A stretch of 64,000 bases of DNA, from positions 1 through 64,000 of the forward strand of contig OZ025741.1 in assembly GCA_964019335.1 (NCBI GenBank), read 5' to 3'. The translations under genes were made by a program, and so were the position numbers. This DNA comes from Diplonema japonicum (taxonomy: Eukaryota; Protista; Euglenozoa: Diplonemea). This document shows positions 23,289 to 33,600 of the stretch, piece after piece. Within the stretch, counting starts at the first letter, position 1, and each line of letters opens with the position of its first letter. The notes under the pieces are model-generated. The model made no database searches. It was not told where the DNA came from and was given only the letters and a program-made list of their open reading frames with translations.

Positions 23289-25841
23289 CTAAGTCTTTTT
23301 CGTCGTCTCCAATTCTTGTTTCAGCTGTTTGTTGGATTTCTTTTTTTTTTTTTGTCGCCCCCATACCCGTAAGTTCTCAGACAGGGCGTCTTCTAGCAGC
23401 CGCTGTGCTTGATCTCTCGCCATGGCATCTACAGAGCCCCCGCTTCCCATACCGAACATGCTGCCCCATGAGCTGCCAGTGGAGGGCTTCGACAGTAGTC
23501 TCTGTCCGGAGCCCCTTGCGAGCTGCGACATGGCGGGGCCTGCGATCCAATGGTTTATTATCGTGCCTTTCTTTGTGTTGTCTTCACGCAGGAACTTGAC
23601 AGTGCTCATTGCTTGCTGCAGCTCACCTTCTTTCTTCCACCCTGCCTCTTGTAGGGTTGACACACGTTTGATGAGCTCATTGTTCTCCTCTTGCAGCGTG
23701 GTGTTGCTTGCACCTGCCTTGTCCCCTCGGCTCTGTCTCAGTGTCGTGATCTCCTTCTCGAGCTGCTCCACGCGTTTGGCCGCCCTCCTCGCCATAACAA
23801 GCTCCTCACCCATATTTATTACCTTCCCCTCCAGCTCCGCTACCTTTGCGCCTTCTTCCTCTGCTCGTCTCAATTTTTCTTCTACTGCATGTAATGTTTC
23901 CTTTGTCTGTTCCATCTCCTTCAGACCTTCCTCCTTCTCTCTTATATCCCCTGCTGCCGCCTTAAGGTCATCGCATTCTGACACCCGTTCCCTTAGTGAT
24001 GCAGTGAGATCGCCCACCTGTTTCTTCAACCCAGCCGATATTTCCTCCAGCAACGCAACGTTCTTCTGCGATGCTTCTCGGTACTCCCCAGCCTCGGTTT
24101 GCTGTTTTGTCAGTGTCTCTTCCTTCTCTTGCAGTGATTTGTTGAGTCGCTCTATTTCCCTGTCTGAGGCATGAACCTGCTGCTCGTGTTCTTGTTGCAT
24201 TATTTGGATGCTATTTGCCAGTTCCAACTGCAGGTCTGCGGCTTCCTTCGACTGCATATTCAGGTCCGTCACTCTCTGCATTAGCATTGCTAAGTCCTCG
24301 TCTTTCTGTTCCATTTGCTTCATCAACTCTTCGCGCTCATTCACGCCGTCGTCTGTGCGCAGTTTTGTGATAAGCTCCTGCAGGTTTGCGATCTCCGCCT
24401 TCGCATCCCGTACAGCTTTCTTTTGTGTAATTACTTGCTTCTCCAGTGCACCGACGTCGCCGTTCCGCGCAGTGAGCTGCTGCTTCTCCTGCCCGTTGCG
24501 CTTTCCTGATTCACTTAGCTGCTGCTTCACGTGAGCAAGCTGTGTTTGCAACTTGCTATTTTCTGCTTCTTGCACAGCCGAGTCTTCTTCCTTTGTGGCT
24601 AAGAGTCGTCGCATTTCCGCTTCCGTTTCCAAGGCAGCATCCAACTTCACCTTCAGCTGCTGCATGTCTTGCAGCACATCTTGTTCTTGAGTCTGCTGCG
24701 CAGTTTGAACACTCGACTCCAGTGCTTCTGTCATCTCACGCACCCTTTCCATCTCGCTTCTGAGCGAGGTGTTCACCTCGTCGAGTTGTGTCTGCAACAC
24801 CTCTTTTTCGATGACTGCTTCTTTGCATCCTGCAACGCTTTCCGACAGTGATGCGTTGAGCTCTATAATTTGCTTCTCCAGACCAGAGACCTCGTTCTGC
24901 AGTGCTTCGTTCGTTTTCGAGGCCTCATTTGTCTCTGCCTCGCGCTGCTGTTCTCTTTCATTGCTGACGACCAGCAAACGAGCCCGTTCCTCAGCATGCT
25001 CGGTTTCCATTAAAGCCGTTCGTGCCGCAAGCTCTTGTCGGAGCGCATCGGCTTGTTCGAACTCGTTCCTGAGATCCGCAGCCTTTTGCCTGAGGTCGGC
25101 CACCAAAGTGTCATTAGCATCAGTTTCTTCGCTGTGCTTTTTAGATAGCTTTTGCATCTCGGCACGCTGTTCATCACACGTTTCCCGTGCAGTGTCTAGT
25201 TCGATGGTCCGGCTGCTCAGCACCTCCTCGCACTCCGCAAATCTTTCGCGAAGACGCTCCAGTTCTAGAGTGGATGACGCGGTCTTATCTTCAAGAGAAC
25301 TGCGCTCGGTAGTGTGCTGAATCTTGAGAGTCTCTAGTTTTTCTTGCATCTGCTTGGCTGCGTCTTCCATCGTCGCGATCGTGTCTTCTGAGGAAATAAG
25401 CTCCTTCTCAAGGTCGCGAGCGGTGTTTTGGAACGTAGTAGCTTCCTCCTGTGCTGCCCTGTTGCTCGCCTGCAGATGCCGCACGTTCAACTCCATTGCC
25501 TCCAACCTTGCCCCGTCGCAGTCGGTTTTCAGCACTTGCGCCTTTAAAACCTCGACCTCCGCCTGCAACTCAGACACTCCCTTGAGGTCTTTCACCGATG
25601 ACACGAGCTTGTCAAACCTGGACTTTTTTTTCCCTTCATTGCTTGCCTCCTGTTGCGCCACCTGTGCGTTCACCACCGCACCGCTCATCCTGTCAAGCTC
25701 CAGGGTGATGTCGGCTGCTTTTCCCATCAGAGTGTTGTTCATCTCTACAAGTTCGTATTTCTCAGACGTGAGCCTCACTATCTGGGAGTTCAGCTGCTTT
25801 AACTCGTCATCGGTGATAGTGACCAGCTTTGAGCTCGACAT
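23289..25841 (-). CDS. Long coiled-coil protein, GRIPAP1/CCDC186-like, ~836 aa
   Basis: Heptad-rich. N-terminal ITDDELKQLNSQIVRLTSEKYEL and C-terminal LIKRVSTLQ..KKGTIINHWI..QRLLEDALSENLR resemble GRIPAP1/CCDC186 ends as I recall them. Start taken at MSSSK (25841). In-frame 42-nt intron 23325-23366. Confidence 0.7.
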   Translation of the reverse strand: MSSSKLVTITDDELKQLNSQIVRLTSEKYELVEMNNTLMGKAADITLELDRMSGAVVNAQVAQQEASNEGKKKSRFDKLVSSVKDLKGVSELQAEVEVLKAQVLKTDCDGARLEAMELNVRHLQASNRAAQEEATTFQNTARDLEKELISSEDTIATMEDAAKQMQEKLETLKIQHTTERSSLEDKTASSTLELERLRERFAECEEVLSSRTIELDTARETCDEQRAEMQKLSKKHSEETDANDTLVADLRQKAADLRNEFEQADALRQELAARTALMETEHAEERARLLVVSNEREQQREAETNEASKTNEALQNEVSGLEKQIIELNASLSESVAGCKEAVIEKEVLQTQLDEVNTSLRSEMERVREMTEALESSVQTAQQTQEQDVLQDMQQLKVKLDAALETEAEMRRLLATKEEDSAVQEAENSKLQTQLAHVKQQLSESGKRNGQEKQQLTARNGDVGALEKQVITQKKAVRDAKAEIANLQELITKLRTDDGVNEREELMKQMEQKDEDLAMLMQRVTDLNMQSKEAADLQLELANSIQIMQQEHEQQVHASDREIERLNKSLQEKEETLTKQQTEAGEYREASQKNVALLEEISAGLKKQVGDLTASLRERVSECDDLKAAAGDIREKEEGLKEMEQTKETLHAVEEKLRRAEEEGAKVAELEGKVINMGEELVMARRAAKRVEQLEKEITTLRQSRGDKAGASNTTLQEENNELIKRVSTLQEAGWKKEGELQQAMSTVKFLREDNTKKGTIINHWIAGPAMSQLARGSGQRLLSKPSTGSSWGSMFGMGSGGSVDAMARDQAQRLLEDALSENLRVWGRQKKKKKSNKQLKQELETTKKT

Positions 25842-25990
25842 CTTTTTACTGTGGTGGTGTGGTTGCGTATTGCACCAATGCAGAATAACACCAATGAAGA
25901 AGAAAAAACTGAACATTTTGAAAGGCTTGGCGTTTTTTTTTTTTTGCGCTCACCGCCTAGAAAAAAAAAGATCTGTACAACTACAGGTAG

Positions 25991-27475
25991 CTAGTAAAAG
26001 CTTTCTACAAACCCTATATTGTCGGGAGGCAGCTCCATGCCGTCACGCGGGGGCCGTGTCGTGTTGTGAGACAAGGTGTTGACGGCCCCCCACGGCTCGT
26101 AGCCACCGTCGCCTTTGAGCAGTTGGAGAGTGTCGTAATTCTGAATACCTGTTTCCCATAAAGTCTCTCTATCTTCGAGCTCTCTTCCTGCAAACAGCAC
26201 ACGCCACTTCACAAGGGACTCGGCTGTCTTCTGGTTGTTGGTTGCCGCATACACGCTGCGTTCTTCCCCCCTCCCGTACGGCGAAACCACCGCCTTCGCG
26301 GGGAACCAAAACTTATCTCCTTCGTCAAAAGAGACTTCCAAGAGTGCCCCGTTCGTTGAGTCTTCTGTAGGGTTTCTGATGGTTAGGATCACACCCCGCT
26401 GCCCTACAAACTGCTCTTTTCTCTTGCTCCAGCCTGCCCACGCTGCCCTGCACAACTTCTCGACTTCTTCGCGGTTCGGAGACACCTGTACCGTGATCCC
26501 AACCACCCATGGCTGCGACGTCAGGTCTGTCATATCCTTCGAGTGCGAGTGGCGCAAGTCCCGCAGGAGCCACTTTGGGTTTTTTGTGTTCGTCGGCGAC
26601 AGGCTGTACTTCATGCTGGCTTCGATCATCTTCTGCACCTCAGTGTGTTTATTAAGCCTTGCGCATTCCGCAGGGGTGTTCCCTTCTTTATCAGGGAATG
26701 ATCCGTAACAGCCAGCAGCTAGGAGGACTCTGACAACTTCCTTGTGGCCATGTCTGGCGGCATGGTGCAAAGCAGACTTTCCGGTCGCGTCTGAGGTCTC
26801 GTCGGGCCTGGTGCCAGCTGAGAGTAGCCGTTTGACCTCTTGGACGTCTCCTCGGGCAGCGGCACCTCTAAAAAGCGCGCCCCAAGATTGCGCAGGCTGG
26901 CCTGCCGGGTAGCAACGCCCGCCGCATAACCCCGAGCAAGAAGGGTTGTGGATGTATCGGTCGTTAGCGTACTGGTGTCCTGTTGCTCCGCTGAGGAGGA
27001 GGACGTCGCGTGGTTCCTTCTTCGCGTGGGAGGTACGGTCGTGTTCGTGGTGGAGACCTATCGGCGGTGGTATGTTGTGTGTCACTCGGCCGTCCTCTAG
27101 CATGTTGCGCAAGCGGGTAATGAACTGCTTGTGCTCACTCCGTGCAAGCTTCGGCAATGCCACACCCGGATGCCCAGCACCTCCTAACCGCAGTAACCGC
27201 CCGTCAAGCTCCACCTCCATTATGCGCGCAAGAGGTTCCTTCGCAGTGCTATTCCATCGAGACAGGTTCACGGTGCACATTAAACCCCTTCCAAAGGTGA
27301 ACAGTTCCACCGTCCTCTTCGTCACGTCGTCTTCAAACACGACGCCTTTCAGCTTCATGCGCACTTTGTTCTTCACATCAGCAACACTGTCATGGGATAG
27401 TGCCTCGAAAGACAGCTTCTGTCCACTCGGCATCTTGAGATACAGCTGAAAGGCATCAACAACCGCATCGACCAT
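25991..27475 (-). CDS. Ubiquitin-like / ankyrin repeat / Mind-bomb-type SH3 protein, 494 aa
   Basis: Ubiquitin N-half at aa 9-42. About three ANK repeats (GKSALHHAARHGHKEVVRVLL). Mib-type SH3 repeat (WSKRKEQFVGQRGVI..FWFPAKAV). Ubiquitin C-half at aa 424-458 ending in GG. Confidence 0.85.
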   Translation of the reverse strand: MVDAVVDAFQLYLKMPSGQKLSFEALSHDSVADVKNKVRMKLKGVVFEDDVTKRTVELFTFGRGLMCTVNLSRWNSTAKEPLARIMEVELDGRLLRLGGAGHPGVALPKLARSEHKQFITRLRNMLEDGRVTHNIPPPIGLHHEHDRTSHAKKEPRDVLLLSGATGHQYANDRYIHNPSCSGLCGGRCYPAGQPAQSWGALFRGAAARGDVQEVKRLLSAGTRPDETSDATGKSALHHAARHGHKEVVRVLLAAGCYGSFPDKEGNTPAECARLNKHTEVQKMIEASMKYSLSPTNTKNPKWLLRDLRHSHSKDMTDLTSQPWVVGITVQVSPNREEVEKLCRAAWAGWSKRKEQFVGQRGVILTIRNPTEDSTNGALLEVSFDEGDKFWFPAKAVVSPYGRGEERSVYAATNNQKTAESLVKWRVLFAGRELEDRETLWETGIQNYDTLQLLKGDGGYEPWGAVNTLSHNTTRPPRDGMELPPDNIGFVESFY

Positions 27476-27663
27476 TGCCCCCTGTGATGTGTGGTGTTCA
27501 CGGTGACGGCCGAAGAGTCAATACGAATAGCATAAAGTCGGAGTGATTCGGTACATAAGTACCGAGTTCGGGAAAGAGAAAATTGAAACGGATGGCCGGC
27601 TTCCAAGTGACCAGAGCTTTTACCATATTTTTATCTTTGGACAAATGAACGGAACTACCGAAA

Positions 27664-30600
27664 CTAGATTTGAAATTGCGAGACTTGCGACGACGCAGAG
27701 GGCGTGGGAGAACCGAGGCTTGCGTCAGGGGGGGTGAACATGAGCGGAGGCAAAGTGGACCGCCTACTGCGGTTGCCTACTGAATGACGACGGGACCGGT
27801 TTGGAGGGTCCAAAAAGAAGAGGGGTGGCGAGCTAAGGCTCATGCTGTTCCTGTTAGGAACGCTCAAAGAAGTATCCAACGATGCTGTGGAGACCATCGA
27901 GCAGCTTTCCCGTCTGTACGAAACAGGCCGTTGCACAGTGTCGTACTGTATCTCAGGAAGCGAGAGGTCCAAAGGTGTTGCAAGTGGCACCGTATCAACG
28001 GATAGCTTGAACTCCATCTCCGAACCCCTCCACAGGGAAGACACCCTCCTCTCTACCTCCCATCTCACAGGGTCTGGCAGCATGGCAAAGAGGAATGCTA
28101 ATAGCATCCCAAAGCACAAGATACTCAACACGTACATCATGATCGACTTAACAACACCTTCAAAATCGTGAATATACGTCAGCAACAGCAAGTTCACCAC
28201 TACGCAATTCACCGCCAGCGAGGCACACTCGATTATGTTGTGAAGGTGCACGTCGAACGGCATGAAATAATACTGCAGCACAAGCGATATCTCCATCGTG
28301 TACATCGCCAGGTAATGTTGGGTGGTGCGGTCTTCCCACTCAGTGGCGTACAAGGCAGGGGCGACAAGAGCCGCTTCCCGTGCGAGGACCACCACGATCC
28401 AGTACCAATACCGGTTCTTGAACCCACCAGTTAAGTACATAAGCCAATGGTGCGCATCTCTTCCCCGTAGCCACTTGCATGCAAAAATAAATGCAATTGG
28501 CAATACAGCTCCGGTGAAGTATGCCATGGCAGCTGCGATGACCTTCCTGACCTTGTACTCTGCGCTGGTGCAGTCTATGGAGCTGTCGACCCACAGCGGC
28601 GAGTGCCCGTCTCCGAAGTTTTCGCACTTCTGGTACGCTAGGTAATGTGTCAGCATCGTGGGGTAGCAGCTTACGAAGGACACTGTCATCGACACACCGA
28701 GAATGAGCTTGAACGTCAGCTCCCCTATTGCCCGCTCTCCTTTTCTAGGCAAGACGCTCAAGAGCAGATACACCGCAGTTGCCAATACCGTTGCCGTCAC
28801 AGGGAACAGCATGTACACCTCGAGAACAGGGAAGTACGTCTTCGCAAGACAGTTGAACGGCCTGTACAGACTAACATCAAACAGGCTTGCCCTGCTAAAC
28901 CAGAACAGCGTGCTGTCAATCGGCTCTGTGAAGCCGTTATTGTACTCATAGAACTTCCCCAAGCTCTGCATCCATATGATACACGTGCGTATGACGACCA
29001 TGCGGTGGCCAAGTGTACCATTCTTCCTGTATGACCGCAGAGTCCCGCATATGAGAACACAGCCTACGAGAAGCATCCCGACAATGACCAGGTATGCTAG
29101 GGTGGTGTCGCCGGAAGTGCACTTCAAACACGGCTTGTTAACGGCACGCTCGCGGGCCCAGCCTTCATTGCAACCTTGACACAGAGCGCCTTTTGACCCT
29201 TCCGCGCACTGCTCTTCCGCTGCTGAAGCGGCGCCCCCCAGGCACACGGCATCAGAGCGACATCTGTAAAACACATTGGCACCGACCTCCGGAGACCACC
29301 ATCCTTCTTGAGGGATGATGTAAATTGAGCCATTGCATTGCCCGCCCTCGGGGCACGGGAAGCATCCGACATCCCCAGCGATATGGTACAGGGTCTTGAT
29401 GCAGTCGGAGACAGAGACTATCGGAGAGAGCAAGGGTGGGATTGCAGGCTGGTTGGGGAGAGTCACCTGGAAAATGTAATCGAAACCCGACTTGAGCGAT
29501 GGCTGCATGTGATCGAAGGTAGCGATGCCATCGACGACAACGCGTGTGATGGTTTCTAACGCAACACGCGTTCCGTTCACCTCCAGCCATGTGCCTTTAG
29601 CTATGTTGCCTGATGTGCCAACCTTGTTGCCTAAAGCGTCAACGATCCCTACCACCACAGGATCGAAGACCTGCCCTGGTATCGGGTGAGTGTTGCAAGG
29701 AACCTTGAACACGATGTTCTTTGCAGGTCCTTGCTTGATGTGAAAGGTAGTCTTGTCGCTCCATGGTGTGCCTGCAACCTTAAATGTCACTTCAAACGTG
29801 TGCACACTACCGCCTTCCATTCCTTTTAAGATATCCCACACCAACACGTCGTGCACCACACCCACGCCGCCTCTGATTTCAAACACATCTAGAACAACAA
29901 GCGTATCATTCCACACATACTCCGCTGTGCAGTTTTCAACACCTTCTGTGGCTCCTTCGAGGGACCTCCGCCCTCCGTCTACAGTGTAGACTCGCAAGGG
30001 TTCTGGTGTGCTTCCCACAACTGCTCTGTAGACATCGGGTGCCTCTATTCCGGCGCCTTTCAAAAGTATGTCGTACTGCAAAGCACCCCCTGTGTAGATT
30101 TGGCCGTCAAGCGCCACGTCAATGTGAGACAGCACAGACAACGAGGTATCGATAGCAGGCTGCGTGCACAGCACAGTGGCAGTATCGAGCACAGTCGCAG
30201 GGACGTGTATCGCTGTCACACTTTCCCGTTTTGCATAGCGACACTTTCTTGTTGTCGTGCAAGGCAATACAACAGCTGCTTGCGTCTCGATACCTGCATC
30301 TCTGTACAGTCTGTGTTCAGATCCATCTGAGAACACACACATCGCCGACGGTACCTTTTTGAATCCTGTCCCTGTGACAGTGATCACAGTGGGCGTCGAT
30401 GCCAATCCATAACGGTTATTTACAGTCTTCAGCATTGGCGGAACATACCGCCTTAGAGACTCAGTGCTAATAGCGTACCTGCTGCTCATACCAATCTCTA
30501 CATAGTCACCTTCACACGAAGGCTGCAGTACCTCTTTTGTATCACATGTCACCATTGAGCTGCGCAGCCATTCTGCGTCGCTCACGTTGCCCCCTTCAAG

Positions 30601-33600
30601 GAAGCTACAAGTATAAGGTTCCACAAATTTAGTCATGTTCTCCGCTCCCTTTAGAACGATTGTAAGCGAAGTCCCGCCCCTGTTGTCTGCTACAGGGGGG
30701 ATGATGGCAGAGACTTCATGCAAAGTGAAAGCAGAGAGGCCCATGTGGTCACCAGCAGAGAAGATTACACGGAGTGAATTGTCAAGTGCGGTGATGGTGA
30801 CGTACTCGTGGTTGACAGCATTGGTGGTAAGAATGCTATTCAGAGTGAGTCGACCGTAGTAGCCACCATCGGGGCCGAGACGTACCTTGTACACGGTTGC
30901 GGGCCTGCTTGGCTCGTTCTGAATGAAGACATAGGCAGCGGCGTTAGCAGCGTCGACTGTGAGGGCAGCCGCAGCACACCACCCGTTACTAGATACCAAG
31001 AATCCCATCCCATTATGGTAGACCCATGCTGCAGCCCCACACGATAAGACAGCGCCTTTGTCAACCGCAGCAACACGACCACTGATCTTCACCGCAGAGG
31101 CTACGCCTGTTGTAGGGTCTACTTCGTTGCATGCAGCTTCGCTGCATAATGTGACCTTTCCCCCATCACACGAAGCATATTCGCATCCCTGCATCACCCC
31201 GCTGGATTTTACTTCGAGGCTTTGACCCCGCATGCCCCACAAGTTGCAGTCCTTCGTTACCACGAGGCCTTCCCTTGCACATACGTTCACTACGTGCTCT
31301 TGGAGCTGGGCTTCACCCTTTTTGGAGATGTGAATCAGACCAACGCGTCTTTCAAACGACAGTATTTCGTGCTTTGTGTTGTTGCGCTGCTCCAGTATGT
31401 ACCCTGTCCCACCGCTGAACCACACTCCGACAGCGTTGTTCACTACTGCAGAACGCACTTCTCGCGGCGGCCAGGGATACGTCTGGTACTCTGCAACACT
31501 ACTAGTGAACCCCACGTACAGCCTACTGTGCTCTTCGTCTGTGGCCATGAAAACGGGCTTCTTGATAGGAAGGTGCAAATCGATGCGGGTGGGAGGTACC
31601 TCAAGCTGATTGCATCCCTGTGTCGTGATATTATACTGATTTACAACATACCGCACCCAGATACCCATCCTGGCACACACTGCATCGTGGGCCTTGGAAA
31701 AAGCCGGATGCTTTACTTGAGTAACATTTGCAGACACCCGTGTTGGGGTTGCACGAACCATGCCCGCTGCACTCACACGCCATGTCGCAGTCAATGCCCC
31801 ACCTAGTGAAAGTACATTAACGGGTTTGCTGTGGCATGCATACCACTGATCCTTGCAACTGTCGCACTGTGTTCCTGTCCAGTGGCCGCCAGCGTTATCT
31901 TGACACACACACTCTCCATTCACACCACACTGAGCATGTTGTAACCCCTGAGCAACACATCGCTCTGCCACGCACATTACATCACACGTTTTGCCGTACC
32001 AGTCCAGGCTGCACTTACAAGAGCTCGCTGGGTACTGACTGCCGTGAATGCATGTCCCATGGCTATTGCAAATACCACTGCTGCTCTCGGGACACTTGCT
32101 GTCGCAGGATACACCAGAGTAGTATGAATCACACAAGCACCGAGTTCCACCTGTGGAAGTCTGTCCGTTGACGCACAACAAGTCGCATCTGTCGCCCGCA
32201 TACCCCGCCAAGCATGCCGAACAGGTCCCGCCATGGAATTTGAAGTTCCCTATACATTCACAGCCACCTCCTACAGTGCACAGCCCGTACTTCCCACAGG
32301 GGCATTCCACATCACACGTCGGCCCCTGCCACCCAGGTCCGCACACACAGGTAGGAGTATCTGCGGCGCATTCCCCATGTCCGGAGCATACAACACCTTG
32401 CTCTACATGGCACGTTGCATCACAAGAGACCCCATACCAGTTTCTCAAACAAGTGCACGTTCCGCTGGCTTCGCAAATCCCACGTATTGGTCCTCCACAA
32501 GGCTGGCCAAAGCTCACAGGACATTGCAGGTCGCAAGCCGCACCAGCCCATCCGTATGAACACCAACAGTCACCAGTACCCCGCACCCCGGCATCACAGT
32601 TCCCATGCCCAGAACACTCAATCGGATACCCTGGACATACTCGGTTGCAGGTGGCCCCCAGCCTAAGTGGGTCGCTGCAACTATCACACTTCAAGCTGCA
32701 CGTATCACCGCAGTAGTCATTCGTGACCTTGGGACGCTTGGCGCACCCACACTTTCCGATAGGATAGCATGCCCCCACTGTGCCGCATCCAGGGCATGTG
32801 AGCTTGCACATGCTGCCCCACCAGTTGGACTGACAAGTGCTGCAATCACTTCCTAACCAGAAGCCAAGATCCGGTGAGGCATCACATGTGCAATGTGCCT
32901 TGCCATTAACCGTAGAACACACTCCGTGGTTGTTGCAGGGTGCGTGTATTCCTGGGCACAGAAGGTCACAATGGTCTCCTGTCCAATGGCTGCTGCACGT
33001 GCAAGTGCCAGCGTCGTCGCACGTGCCATGGCCAGAGCACAAGCACTTCTGCTGACAAGAGCTCCCCCCGTAGCCCATCTCACATTGAATACAATCAGGT
33101 TCTGCATAATGCTGCTTGCACTTACATTTCCCTGTCAGAGGATCACACACAGCATTTGAACACTTACACTCGCCGGAGCAGTCCACCCCCCAGTAGTCGC
33201 TGTCGCAGATGCAAAGACCGTTAGTGCATTGTCCATGCCCACTGCAAGGCAGTCCAACTGCAGTTCCGCCCAAACACTCACTTTTGCAGAAGCCTGACCT
33301 ATCTATACTCCACCCAGATGTACAAGTAAGGCAGTTCGATGCGTTCTCGTACCCTTTGTCGCACAGACATTGTCCATTTGAGCAGGCACCGTGCCCACTG
33401 CAGTCGGGGCACCGTAGTCGGCATCTTGCTCCTCCCCACCTATCTCTGCACACGCCGCACGCCCGTCCTGTCCAATGTCCCCTCACAGTATCACTGAAGC
33501 AGCTGCAGCTTCCAGTACCACCTACACCTCCGTCACATTGGCCGTGCCCCCCGCAAGGGTCGCACGCACCGCCTTCACACTGCTTCGTACAAGTTCTGCC

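Noticed and set aside
26223-26253. Intron-like GTATGCGGCAACCAACAACCAGAAGACAG in the split-ubiquitin gene
   Set aside because: Removing the 22- or 29-nt versions shifts the frame and destroys the ubiquitin C-half, and both are shorter than any supported intron.
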